The notes under the pieces: generated by a model | Told to the model about the DNA's origin: nothing | The model's input: only the letters and a program-made list of their open reading frames with translations | Database searches by the model: none | In this document: piece after piece, positions 1 through 13,766 of the stretch | Layout of the letters: the number at the start of each line of letters is the position of its first letter | Position numbering within the stretch: position 1 is the first letter of the stretch | Source of the DNA: Piromyces finnis finn | Lineage: Eukaryota > Fungi > Neocallimastigomycota | DNA length: 64,000 bases | Direction: 5' to 3' | Assembly: GCA_002104945.1 (NCBI GenBank) | Contig: MCFH01000040.1 | Span: 1 to 64,000, forward strand | Translations under genes and position numbers: made by a program

Positions 1-782
1 CAAATAAGTAATATTATAATTACTATAATAGCAATTGGAATAATAATTATCACTTTAAAAATCACATTAAAAATACTAAAAATATTATCAAAAAATCCTT
101 TACTTTCTTTTTCCATATTTTTAAATTCATCATTATTATTAGCTGAATTTCCCCAGAAAGACTTTTCTTCTTCTGTTAATGAAGAATTATTACTAGTATT
201 TTTAGTATTTTCTTTTTCATATTCTTCATTTGGATTAGGATTACCATTAAGTAAGTTATATTTTTTGAAATCTTCTTCAGTACAAGTACTTGCATTTTTT
301 TTACATTTTGCATTACTTAAAGTACATATTCCTGTAAATTGGTAATCACAACTAACTAAATTTGGAAGGTTTGGTACATAACCATTTAAATCAAAATTAC
401 TCTTTAAATCTCTATATATTTTGAAATTAATTTTAATATTTATATAAATCAATATATATATTTAAAATACATGAAATATAAACAAAAAATCTTTAATTAC
501 AAATTTACTAAGTTGTTCAAGTTTTTGAGTCCATATGGAATAGTTCCATCCAAGTCATTACCACTCAAATCCCTTTTTATTTAAAATTTATTATTATTCC
601 GTTACTAATGGCAATATTATATTATATATTATATATATTATTATTTATTAGAACTCTATCCACTTACAAATATTTTAAGTTTACTAAATTTTTAAAGGAG
701 TCAGGAATTTTTCCATTTAAGAAATTATTTTTCATTTCTCTATTTTTTTTTTATAAACATATTTATTAATAAGTTGATTTAC

Positions 783-813
<31 letters not shown>

Positions 814-1551
814 TGCCGTTTTAAAATAAATACTTATTGTTTATAAACTTACAAATGTTCTAAATTAGTCAATTTTCCGAATTCATCTGGAATTGAACAA
901 GAGTAGAAATTTTCATTAAGAATTCTATTAATTGGAAAAAAAGACTTTTAGTTAGAATATTGATTTATAAAGAATAAATAATAATATTTTAATATATAAA
1001 AAAAAATAATAAAAATTTAATTTTACAAGGTTTTTAAACTTTTTATATTTCCAATGTTTGGTGGAAGAGAATGAGTTCTAAAATTTGTAAGAGTTCTAAA
1101 ATTTTATAATAAATGAAATAAATATTATTATTGTTATTATCATTATTATTATAACTGCTTAAATGTATAAACTTACAATGATGTTAAATATTGTAAATTA
1201 CTAAGTTTATCAAATGCTTCAGGTACATTATCATTAAAGTAAGTACTGACATTATCGAATTTACTATATAAAATATATATATATATATAAAATTGTTTTT
1301 AATTATTCGAAAGTGTTCAATATAATTTAATTAATTTTATTTATATAATTTTTATTTTACATTTCAGTAACATGTCCTGAGCCATCACAAGTTATACCAC
1401 TATAAGTACAACAATTTGATCCACTAAATTTTTTTTTTAAATCATCTCCAAATAAACTTATTGCACTATTTAAAGTACTACAATCATCAGCTAATACATT
1501 TCCAAATAAAAATATGGAAAATGCTACTAAAATAAATGATAAATCTTTCAT
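1..1551 (-). CDS. Leucine-rich-repeat single-pass membrane protein (receptor-like); 3' end runs off the window
   Basis: Signal peptide MKDLSFILVAFSIFLFGNVLA and an LRR N-cap (NCCTYSGITCDGSGHVTE). Exons 1551-1361, 1263-1177, 1095-1027, 924-853, 739-668, 572-501 and 411-<1. LRRs such as ILNENFYSCSIPDEFGKLTNLEHL and DLSGNDLDGTIPYGLKNLNNLVNL, then a Cys-rich cap and the hydrophobic stretch VIFKVIIIPIAIIVIIILLI at the edge. Confidence 0.85.
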
Positions 1552-2798
1552 TTGAAATATTTTATTCTTAAATTAATTATATTATTATTATTATTTTTCT
1601 TTTTAATTTTACTATTTAATTTTTTATTTTTATTTTTTTAATTTTAATTTTTTTTTTTTTTTTTTATTTTTTTTATTTACTTTTGTGGATAAGAAGAAAA
1701 ATCAGTTGAAGAGAAGCTTTTGTTTTAATATGATGTTACACAAAATATCACTTTTAATTGGGTATTTCATTATTAAAAAAAATAATAATAATAAATTAAA
1801 TTAATTTAAAAAAAGGAAAGTTTTTAATTTCAACTAACCAATATTTTAGGCGAATTTTATAGGGATGAAATTTCTAATTTTTGGTTAATCAAGAGGAATA
1901 ATATAATTGTTTAAGAAGAATTTATAAGGAATCTAGAAATCTAAAATTAATCATTATTTGTTTTTTAAATAATTATGATTATTAAATTAAAATCTTCCTA
2001 CTGCAATTAACCTTTTCTCCTTTTATAATTTCTTAAATTTAATGCTTTTTTAAAAGAATTATGTAATAACAAATTTGTATATAATTATTTATTTTTATGT
2101 TTACTTATTTATATATTTTAATTTTCATTTTAAATATTTATCATTCTTATAATGAGGTATTATAATCCTTTCTAAGTCAAGTCATCATTTTAAAAGTTTT
2201 TAATTATAAGTTTTAAAATTGAATATTTAATAAAATTTAAAGTTTCTAGAGTACTGTTACACAATATATAATATAACAAGTTAATTATAAATATTATAAA
2301 TATTATAATATTAAATAATTGGTTAAACAAATCAAAAAGACAAAAGCAAGCTCTATAAATGTATTAAGTTTAAAAAGTTATAGAAACAACCAACTAAAAC
2401 ATTAACACTTTTACAAAAAAAAAAAGTCTATTTAATAGATTATATAAAAGTTGAAAAGCTTATTTTATTTTTTATATATAGTTATTTTATAATTCTATTT
2501 AAAATTCATATTTTTTTTTAAATAAAATTTAAACCTCTATTATTTATTAATAAAAGCATAATAAAACATTTTGCAATTTAATTAAAACAATTTTTATTTT
2601 ATTATTATTATTATTATTATTGTTATTTTTATTTCTATAATTATTATTTTGGTAATAATAATAATATTTTTTTTTTTTTAAAATTTTATTTTCCCTATTT
2701 ATAATGATACCGATAGGATGATAGGATGTATGTGTGTATGTGTATGCATTTTTTTTTTTTTCACAGATAATTATATCCATTTTTTTTTGTTATATAGA

Positions 2799-5700
2799 TT
2801 AACTATATAAGATATCTATTATATTTTTCATATTAAATTTTTTTATTTTTCCATCCTCTATTCTAAATGGAATAGAACAATTTTTATAAAATAATAAATA
2901 TTTATTTATTACTAGTGTATGATTGCACTCTTTCTCATTTAATATACAACCACATTTATAGGAATGATGAATAAGACATTTTTTATATCTTTTAAACAAG
3001 AAATAAACATTTGTATTATTTCCTTCTTTTATAGATATGTAATAAATTTTATCCCATGAAAACATAATGAAAATCACCAAGTATGCTATAGTGTTTGATA
3101 CATAATCAAATACCACTTTCCCATATATTTGTTTATTTAATATAGCAAAACTAATAATCTAATTAAAATAATATTTTGTTAGAAAAAAAGAAAATATTAG
3201 TTATTTTTTTTGAAAAATATAATTTATTTGTATTTTATTATAATAAAATTAAATACATTTGTAAATGGTCCTAGTATAATTGCAATAACTGTAGAATATG
3301 TAATATTTTGTGTGCAATTAAATATTAACTTGTAGTTCATAAGTTTTTTCCCTTTGATCAGAATAATCATTAGAAATATAAAATGAAATATATTGAATAG
3401 AAAATCTGGTTTTTCAAGGTGACATGAATAAACCCATAAGCCGTCATTATTTTGTATTAAATAATAATCTGCTTTTTTCCCATATTTTCTTTCGTTAAAT
3501 AAAATGTTATGAAATGGTACCGTAAAAGTTATAATTAAAAAAACAATATATAGAAACAGAGCCCTAATAAAAGATATGTATCCATTTTTAATACTTCTTA
3601 ATATATATTTATTTGGATCTTCTTCATAATTTCCATTTATTTGAAGATTTCCTTTTGTACTATTAAAAAAGAAATTATCAATATAAGCTGTTTTCATGAA
3701 GCTTGAATGTAAATTACTATTATTTTTTTCTTTCTTTTCTTTCTTTTTATTAATAATATTTAGTATAATTAAATTCTCTATATAATTAGGTGAATATATT
3801 ATTTCTGTATTGTATCTTATTTCTTTTTTGTTATTATCATTATCAACATCATCTTCACACAGACTTGAAGATGATTTTCTAACATCTGAAAGTGAATAAT
3901 TAGATGGTTTTTCTAAATACTTTATATTTATGCTATAATCATCATCTTTACTCTCTGATTCTAACCCACATGATGATCTAATCTTATCTAATTTTTTTTC
4001 ATCTTCTTTATTAAATTCTATACCCAATTCTAGGCTCAATATATTGATGATAATATAAATAAAAAATACTAATGAAGTTCCTACATGCTTTAAGATAAAA
4101 TTTAATAAGCACTGGTATTGATTACTATAAACTGTAAATAGATTGCTTGTGAAAAATAACAAAATACCAATGGAAAATATTATTATTTTGTAAAACCCTA
4201 AATCTTTGATAATACCTTGCTTTTTATTTAATATGATAAAAAGAATATAAAGGAGTACTATAATAATAAATGGAACATTTATAATTAATATTCCATATTT
4301 TATAAAGCTATAAAAATATATAAATAAAAAAAAATATAAAAATCATTAGATTAATGAATTATATAATACACTCTAAAAATAATTAAAGTAATATTACCTA
4401 AAATCAATAAATTCTTTATTTTTGCATGAGCTTCCATTCCATCCTGGTAAACATTTACATATATTTTTTTCAACATCATTTATTAATTCTTTATAATATG
4501 GAATACATTCAGCGGAATCACCTACTGGACAATCTGACTTACATATAGGATTTACACAATACAATATTCCATTATTATTATACCTTTTAATTTGATTTTC
4601 ATTACATTCAGAAATATTTATTTCAATATCATCAAATCTTAATTCTATATCATCATCATCATTATCTATATAAAATATAAGTTTATATTTATTTGGTTTT
4701 GCGAATACTTGAAGGTTATTAAATTCACAGTGCCCTAATTATTAATTGTAATAGGAAAAAAATAATAAAAATTTAAAACTCTTGTTATATGTTGTGGTGT
4801 AAACTTAATTCATTTTTAAGCTTGTTATACCTTTTGAAAAATAACAGATATTTCCTTTTAACTTAATTTTTTTTTTTGGATCATCATCATATACATCGTT
4901 GATTTCTACCAATTTTGATTTTATATTTAATGATGAATAATACTTTGATATATCCTCAAGTATATTATCATATTCATCATACAATAAAAATTTTAATGAT
5001 ATATAATCACCCGTTATAATATTTGTTATTTTACTAGTTATAGTATTGTTTAACAATATATATGATGGTTTTGAGGCATAATCACTCACATAGGAGTGGG
5101 CAGTGTTATTTGAAATACTTAATTTATTTAAATTAACTATAGTTTTTCCTGATGAATATATACCACCACCTGATATTCCTGCATTATTATTGATTATTGA
5201 ATTATTGTAGCTATTAGATATATATGTATTGTTAAATTTAGAATAAACAGCACCTCCAAAATTTTTTGCAATATTATTAATAAATGTATTGTTAACAATA
5301 TTTAGGATAGTGTGATTTTTAAAAAGGTATGATTCATCATTAATATATAATGATCCACCGTTTAAAGCGGTATTTTTATTAAATATACTAGAAGTGATAT
5401 TAATTTTTAAATTGGTGATTTTATTGAAACATCTATAAATTAGTATTATTAAATATAAATATTTAATGATATTTAGTTATCATAAAGAATATTGCCTCAA
5501 TAATTCATTACTATATATATTATCTTACATTGCTCCACCATTATTTTCACAATAATTATTTGAGAATATTGAATTATTAATTTGAAGATTTATATTATTT
5601 GTAAAATGAATATTACCACAATCTAATTTATTTTTATTTATATTATTATTAAAATTTATATTTAAAATAGTTGTTTTTGACTAGTTGTAAAACATATAAA

Positions 5701-6412
5701 AATACAATAAATAATTAAAAATAAGATTCATGAGATAGTTTATGAAAAAATAAATTACTATTATAAAATTATTTTTATACCATTTTTGATTGATTTTCAA
5801 TGATTGAGCCGTACGATCTAATGTTCTTAATGAATGAATTTTTAATACTAATTTCATTATTATCCCCACATATTTTTATAAAAGGTCCATTGGAAATACT
5901 ATTTTGTATTTTCATATTAGTTATGTCTAAATATTTATACTTTTCTCCGGAATTAAATAAAATAAATGAAGTATTATCACTATCACCAATACATTGAATA
6001 TCTTCTACTTCAATATTGTTAAGAGATATATTATTATATATAAAATGTAGAATAGCTATGGAATTTGTTTTTATATGAGTTAATTTCACATTGTTTAACG
6101 AATATAACGATTCTTTTTCAAATAGCGCATTTGTTAAACTAATTGGTAATATGTAAAATATTATATAAAAAAAATTTTTTTATAATGAATTACATATTTT
6201 GTATATATTTATTTTAATATTAATTAAAAAAAATATTTACTTCATATTTTGAAAAATTGTATTTTCGATTTTAAATGTGGAATATTTAGAATTCGCAATA
6301 ATAGGAAGAGCATTTTTTATTGTGATATTTTCAAATCTAGAGTTATATATTTCATATTCCAATTTATTACCTTGAAAAATTGTACATATATCTTATATAG
6401 TAGATATAAATA

Positions 6413-6445
<33 letters not shown>

Positions 6446-7839
6446 CTATTTAAATAATGTATTTATTTTATGCTAAAAAATTATTATCAATAGTTATGAA
6501 TTCATAGGCTACCTGAAAAAGTTGAATTATTAATTATAATTTTTTGTTTATGATCCATGTTTTCACTGCTTTTAATATAAAATAAATAACCATATCCTGA
6601 ATAACATTTAGAAAATGTGGTATTACTTATTCTTTTGTAAATATAAATATTAAAACAATCGAAAAATTAATTATTAAAAAAAGATTCATTATAATTGATA
6701 AAACAATATAATAAAATAAATATCTACTTTAGATTTATATTATTTGCTGTGAATAGTGGAGATGCTGATTTTATATTTATATTATTAAATGTTGAATTAT
6801 TAATAGTTAAATCTTCTTTTGATCCATAGGAATGATAAAGTGTAACTTCTTTGTTATCGTCAAAAGCTTTCTCTATTTTTGAAAAATAGCCTGGGTTATA
6901 GTAAAATTAATTATTTAAAATATAAATAAATATATTAATATATATTTTCATTATTAAAATTAAATTTTAAAATCCAATATATTTTTCTTTTCTTTTAGAA
7001 AATAAAATAAAAAAAAAAAAGAAAGAAATTAAATATTACAATTATTAATTGTAATTTTAGAAAATGTTGGTATAAATAATCCATTGTTATTAATAAAGCT
7101 ACTATTATTAATTACAACTGGCATGCATTTATTCAATTTATTGTTCCGATAACCAAAAGAATGAACCAATTTCATTATTCCTAAGGAATTATTTCTATAT
7201 TAAAGTGAAAATGAAAGGCAATTAATCATTTAAATTTGATCTCATATTATTATTAATAGGATTAATAATGAATCTATTTAAAAATTATAGTTACAAAAAT
7301 TCACAATTATTAAATATAATTGAAGGTTCTGAATGGGACGGCATATTACAGGCATAATCAATACGAAGAAAACGATAATTATTGTTTCGTACAATACAAT
7401 CATCAAAGGTTAAAAAAATATTATCCGATTTTGTGTTAAGTATAATCATTTCAATATCAATAATACCAAAGTTATTGAAATTTTCAAATGAAATATTTTC
7501 AATTTTAATTTTTCTTTCCTTATTATCAAAATAGTTAAAAATTAATCTTCCTTTTTTATCTCCTTTATAATCAAATACGGTTCCATTTTTATTTCCAATA
7601 AATGAAATATTTGAGTTAACTGTTATATCAATGGTATAAGGAAGATTGGTCATATCATAGTAAGAATCATTAAAATATAAAACCAATCCTTCATTGGATA
7701 CTTGATTATCATTAATAATATCTTTTAAATTATTGAAATTTTCATCATTAAAAGAAATATATATTTCTTTTGAAAAACTTTTTAAATAGTATATAGTAAT
7801 AAATATAGTATAATATAAGAAATGAAATAGTTTGATCAT
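2799..7839 (-). CDS. Large multi-exon receptor: signal peptide, beta-helix/Pmp-like ectodomain, EGF-like module and class C GPCR-like 7TM domain
   Basis: ORF fragments 7291-7839, 5775-6089, 4805-5089, 3224-4162 and 2799-3116 lie on one strand, with GT-AG sites at the junctions I checked. GGSLY/GGAVY/GGGIY with FxNN repeats at ~5150-5390. Cys-rich CVNPICKSDCPVGDSAEC...CKCLPGWNGSSC at ~4400-4570. TM helices start at exon 4307 (FIKYGILIINVPFIIIVLLYILFII; IIIFSIGILLFFTSNLF; CLLNFILKHVGTSLVFFIYII). Confidence 0.8.
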
Positions 7840-8011
7840 TATTATTATTCAATTATTTTCGTTTTCATCTCATTAATATAAATTAAAAAAAAAAAAAAAA
7901 CTTGTCAATAATATAATATGTATTATATAAAATAATAAATGTTTGCAAATAAAATTATAAAGTTAATATCCTTTTTATAAATTATTAAAAATTTTAAAGT
8001 TATATGATTAG

Positions 8012-8054
<43 letters not shown>

Positions 8055-8058
<4 letters not shown>

Positions 8059-8146
8059 ATAAGAATATTGAGTTTTTTTTATTTTTTTTTTTTTTTTTTA
8101 ATTATAAGAATATTGAGTTTTTTTTATTTTTTTTTTTTTTTTTTTT
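8055..8146. repeat. Tandem duplication, 45-bp period, 2 copies (AATTATAAGAATATTGAG followed by T-tracts)
   Basis: AATTATAAGAATATTGAGTTTTTTTT occurs at 8055 and 8100. Confidence 0.85.
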
Positions 8147-8694
8147 ATATTATATATATATATTTGAATTCTATATCTATATTTAATTCTATTATAATAT
8201 AAAATAAATAGAATATATATAAAATGTTGACTGATTTGCTTTATACTTTTTTTATTTAGAATTTACTTTATTCAATTATATTAAGAGAACCCAAAATTTA
8301 AAATTTATAAACATTATGAAATGATATTAGTATATTCACAGCTAAGCTAATTTAGGATAAATTATTTATTAAACTTTCTTTTGATGAAATGAAATACGCC
8401 ACCAAAAAATAAATAAATAAATAAATAACTAACTAAATAAATAAATAAATTATGTGTGAAAAAAAACCAATAAAGAAAAATATATTTTACTTTGTTTTTA
8501 TTTATTTATTTATTTTTTTTTTTTTAATTTTTTATTTATAATTATTAATTTTATGAAGATGAAGTGATAGGATCTTCATTATTCTATTAAAAACCTATTA
8601 TATTTTTTATTCATCTATTAAAAAAATCTTATATAATGTTTTATTATTTAATTCTTTTTTGCTCTTCTATAGATTTTTTTTTTTTATTTATTTA

Positions 8695-8731
<37 letters not shown>

Positions 8732-8814
8732 TATGCTTTGAATTATCTCTCTTTTTTAAAGTTTATATTATTATATATTATTTTATAGTGTTATTACTTT
8801 ATTCATTTTCTAAT

Positions 8815-11490
8815 TTAAAGTTTTGAAAGCTTTGTCATCCATTTATCATCACTACCACCTCCTTTTCTACAAACTAATTTTTCTCTTAAAGCTTCTAATT
8901 GTTCTTCTTTAATACCAACTTTATTTATTAAGAATTCCGATATAGAACCATACATTTCACGAATTTTATTTAATGAGAGTTGCATTGCTTCAGGTTTTGA
9001 TATAAACATTGATTCAATTGCAGATGGTGCTATAAGTGAGTTTGTACGGAGTGAATATTCTCTTTTTTGCTCTTCGGTAACTGTTTATAACAATGATTAG
9101 AATAATTTAAATTATAATTAAAATTATTATTATTTTCATACCATAAAATTAAACAAAAGTTTGAATTTAAAATAAAAATCTAAAATATATATGTATATTT
9201 TTTAAAAAAGGTTATTTAATTTACCATTCATAAATAATTCAGTAACTGCATAATCACGAACAACAATATCATCAGGTACACCTAATGCACTAAGTAATAC
9301 AGCACATATAATACCAGTACGATCCTTTCCTGCAGTACAATGGATCAAAACAGGTTTTGAAACAGGATGTTGTAAGAGAATGGTTATAATTTGTTTTAGT
9401 GTATTATGACATTGACTAATAATCATCCAATATGCTAAAAGTATTATAATTATTATATTTTATATTGAATTAAAATTATTTTATTAGAATTTCAAAATTT
9501 CTTAAATTTTGTGATGTCGAAAAAATTTTTTTTTTTTTTTCATTTTTAATTTAATCAATTTTTTAAATTTTTGTTTTTAATAATTTACCTTCCACAAATC
9601 CTTTAATACCACCAGTTGTATATAATTTCCAACGTTTTGAAAGACCTTCAGGGGTATAATAATCTTCATTACGGAAAACAGGTATGTGATGTCTTACAGC
9701 ACCAAACCGGCTGGCATCTATAATACCCTTTTTTTGAACTTCTGGGGGTGAACGAAGATCGAATACATCCGCTATTCTTAGTCTTTGTAATGTCATTTCA
9801 CCTTCTTCTGTAATATTATTTAAACTATTTTTTTTTTTTTTAAAAAAAAAAGTTATGTTTTTAAATTTAAAATTAAAAAAATGATAATATATTATAATTA
9901 GGATACAAAGAAAATGAATATTATAAAACTTAATTTTATAAAGTGTATATAATGTAATTATGAAAAACATATATATAAATTTTTATGTTATATAAAATAA
10001 TACAATTTAGTAGTAAATGTATACACTAGAGTAATTTTTTTTCTTTTATTTTATATTAATAATACATACTCCCCACTTCTAAAAAGGATACGTTCTCTTA
10101 CAATACCACCGTCCTGTACAGGATAACCACCAAAATCACGGAAGTTACGTACACCATCTACTGCCAAGAAACGACTAACATTTATATAGGCACCATAACG
10201 TTTCATGAAACGTGTCATTGAAGATACAATTCCTAGCTCTTCCTCTACCCATCGAGTAATAATATTAACTAAAACTTGTGGTTGCTGAGTAAAGTTATGA
10301 TCGGCATCACGAATAATACGTAATGTATGTGATATAATTAATTCTGAATAATTTGTTGAATCTTCAAATGGTACAGTTTTATCGGCTGAACCGTGACAGG
10401 TTAAAACAGATACATTACCAGGTATTCTTCGAACAACAGACATATCTAATGACATATACTTTTCTGCATCATCACGGAAAATTCTATAAATTTGTTTTCC
10501 ACCTTTTCTTTTAATTTCCCAATCTATATAACCCTATTATTTTATTATTTTAATTATTAAATAAAAGCAAAAAATAATTTATAAAAAATTAATTTTTTTT
10601 TTCTAAATTTTATGAAAATATGCTTTAATAATTTACTTTTTCATATAAATCCGGCAAACGTTTTGCTTGACGTTTTTGGAATGATTCTTTCATTTGATAA
10701 CGTCCACTAATATTGACAACAAAACGAAGAGATGGTAAACGTAATTGTGAAGATGCATACAATAAAGCAACATTTGCACCTGTTTAAATTAATTTTTTTC
10801 ATTCATAATGATCAATTCAGTCAATATATTAAATAATTTTTATTTTCAATTTTTTATATGTATAATTACCTCTCGAATGACCGATAATACCAACAATTAT
10901 CCAACCCAAATTAGTGAAATAATTAATAACAAGAGCTAAATCCTCGATTTCGTTCTATTTTTGATTTTTTTTTTTTTTTAAAAAATTTTAATTTATAAAG
11001 TTAAATATATTATTAATAATTAAGATTTATATAAAATTTTGATTTTTAATAATTATTCTTACATCAATACCACCATAGGTCATTGTACCATCACTTTCAC
11101 CGTTTCCTCTAAAATCAAAACGGAAAGATGAGTAAACTAAACGAGAAACTAATAATGGTTGAAATAAATAATTCTTATGCCCTGACATTTAGACATATCA
11201 TTAAATTAATTTAAATAAAATTGTTTTAAAAATTATTTATAATATAATATGAAAAAAATAATAAGTATTAAGGTTAAGGTACTATTTCGAAGATATTTTT
11301 CTATTTAAATAAAAATGATATATTTACCAAAAAGACCATGACAAATGATAATTAGACGTTTTTTTTCATTTTCTGCATTTCCCGTAGTAACATTGGTATA
11401 TTTACGTTCAGCGAGAATACCTACGATTCTCTGACCTTGAGAATTTATAATTGATAAACGTTTATTCTTTTTTGGATAGATGTTTTGCAT
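8815..11490 (-). CDS. Fusion protein: N-terminal alpha/beta-hydrolase and C-terminal protein-tyrosine/dual-specificity phosphatase (Y_phosphatase3 type)
   Basis: Hydrolase motifs IIICHG, SFRFDFRGNGESDG, IIGHSRG (nucleophile), CHGSADKTVP (Asp) and DADHNF (His). Phosphatase motifs VDGVRNFRDFGGY, ILFRSG, VFDLRS, VLIHCTAGKDRTG and DIVVRDYAVT. Confidence 0.88.
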
Positions 11491-12006
11491 TTTTAAAATT
11501 TATTTGTGAACTGATTTATTTTAAAATATAGAAAAAAAAAAAAAAAAGATAACAAAAAAATTTTATTTTTTTTTTCTTCTTCTTCTTCTTCTTATAATAT
11601 TATGGTATAAAGATAGGTTTACTGAATAATAGTTATCTAAAATTGTTTCGCTATGAAATAATATGTGAAATTTCGAGTTTTTTCTTTATAAGTTATGTTT
11701 TTATTAATATTATCTATTTTATATAAAAAGGTTTCTATTTTTTTTTTTGTTTATATTTTTATTTAAATATAGAAAAAACAATATATTATTTTAATTATAT
11801 TGCTATAATTAAACTTTGAATTATTAAATATTATTTTGGCATTAAAAAAAAAAATAAATGAAAAATTGTGAATATCAATATCTACAGTTATAATTAAGAA
11901 ATAAATAATAAAATAAAATAAAATAAAAAAATTCTTTCATGATAAAAATTAGAATTTCGGGAAGAAAATTATTTGAAAAAAGTTTTTTTTTTAAATATCT
12001 ATTAAT

Positions 12007-12052
<46 letters not shown>

Positions 12053-13666
12053 ATAATCACTTTTAAAGGTTGATTTAATAAGATATAAAAAAACGTATCT
12101 TATTTTATATATAATATTCAAATTATAATGTATTTTATATTATTATTTATATATAGTTAAATAAAAGATATATTAGAATTTATGATAAAATATACATCAA
12201 TTTATCGAAGTTCTTATAAAAAATACTGTGAATCATCTATGAAAATTTCATTAATTTAAATTATAAAATTTGAATTTCTTTAAAATTTCTGAATTAAAAG
12301 TTCTTCCCTTTAATAAAAACTCGTTATTACTATTTTATCTCTGTAATAATTTTTATTCTGATATTTTTATTAAGATAGTTTTTAAATTACTTTGTCACTG
12401 ATTTTTATTATCAAATTACTTTGTACAAATTGAATTTTTAATAATAATAAAAAAATTAAAATATTTACTTTTTTTTTTTTTGAATTTCTAGGTAAAGGTA
12501 TATATATATATTTTTTTTGTTAATGTATTTAAACGCTTTTATACTTTCTTTTATAATTGTATATAAATATTTTTTAATTTATGGGATTTAAAATTTGAAT
12601 TATGGGAATAATTGAATATTAATTAATATAATTAATGAATTTTAATGGTTTCTTCACTTTTAATTTTTTATCATTTTTTTTTCTTAAAAAAAGAATGGAA
12701 TACATAAAAAGAATATATTTTTTATTTAAAATAGAAATAAAAAAGAAATTAAAAAAAGAAAAACATTTTAATCTTTAAATATTTCTTTTTTAAAATATAA
12801 AATAAAAAATAATATTTAAAAATAGATATATATAGCGCTTGTATCTATATAAATGATATAAATGATTATAAATCTTTTCTTATTTAAATAGATTAAAAAA
12901 AAAAAAAAAGATTTATTTTTTTTTTGGTATTTTTATTGATCATAATATTTTATATTCTAAAATTAAAATAATTTAAAATATATATAAACAATATATTATT
13001 AATATATGTTTTCTTACATTTAATTTACATAAAATAAAATTTTATTTTATAATGAATTTGAGATTTTTTCAAACAAAATTCAAAGTTTAATTATTATACT
13101 AATAAAATAGTGAGTTGAGCAGATGGTTTACTTTTACAATATCATAGGTGAAAAAAATAAAGTATAATTACACTTTTCTTTATTTAAAGATCTTTTATTA
13201 TATATTTAACTTTATATATATATATCTTTTTTTTTTTATTAAGGATTAAAATAAAGAAAAACATCACCAAATTATCCATCACCAATCTACTTTTTTTAAA
13301 TTAATAAAAAGAAAAAATGTTACATTTAAAATAAAATTATAATTTTTAATTACATTAAATAAAAAGTAACAAAATTGTAATTATAACTAGGCCTTTTATT
13401 TTTTACTTGAAAATAAAATAAAATTGCAAAAAAGACTTTAATAAACTATTCATAGTTGTATATATATATATAAAGAAAAATATATTTAAATATTTTTTAT
13501 AAAGGAATAAAGGGTATAACTCATAAAATTGATATATTAAATCAATTCTCATTGGTTTAATAAATAAACAAAAACAAAAGGGGACAAATCTATTGACTAC
13601 TTATAATAACTTAAAAAATAATAATGATTTTTTAAGAATCTTATTTAGTTATTATTATATTACTAT

Positions 13667-13766
13667 TTTAGTATTATAGCATAAAAAAACCAACATTATT
13701 ATTTAGTATTATAGCATAAAAAAACCAACATTATTATTTTAGTATTATAGCATAAAAAAACCAACA
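13667..13766. repeat. Minisatellite, 3 copies of a 35-36 bp unit (TTAGTATTATAGCATAAAAAAACCAACATTATTAT)
   Basis: Unit core AGTATTATAGC starts at 13670, 13705 and 13741, with no unique spacers. Confidence 0.9.

Noticed and set aside
1860-1870. TAGGGATGAAA, identical to the maize Ac/Ds hAT terminal inverted repeat
   Set aside because: I found no partner TTTCATCCCTA, no 8-bp TSD and no transposase remnant. A lone 11-mer noticed post hoc is not sufficient evidence.
2547-2780. 77-aa ORF downstream of the GPCR
   Set aside because: Low-complexity K/Y/N runs from homopolymers and microsatellites, probably 3' UTR.
5681-5997. ORFs 5681-5869 (-) and 5800-5997 (+)
   Set aside because: Alternative-frame and antisense overlaps of a GPCR exon.
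8004-8186. Poly-Phe ORF with a repeated NYKNIEFF
   Set aside because: Translation of T-tracts and the 45-bp tandem duplication.
12200-13320. Weakly coding-looking patches in the 11.5-14.1 kb intergenic region
   Set aside because: The frames I tried are interrupted by stops and I recognised no protein similarity, so a pseudogene call is unsupported.
13667-13766. 35-36 bp direct repeats of CRISPR-like length
   Set aside because: The copies are contiguous with no unique spacers, there are no cas genes, and the context is eukaryotic. It is a minisatellite.
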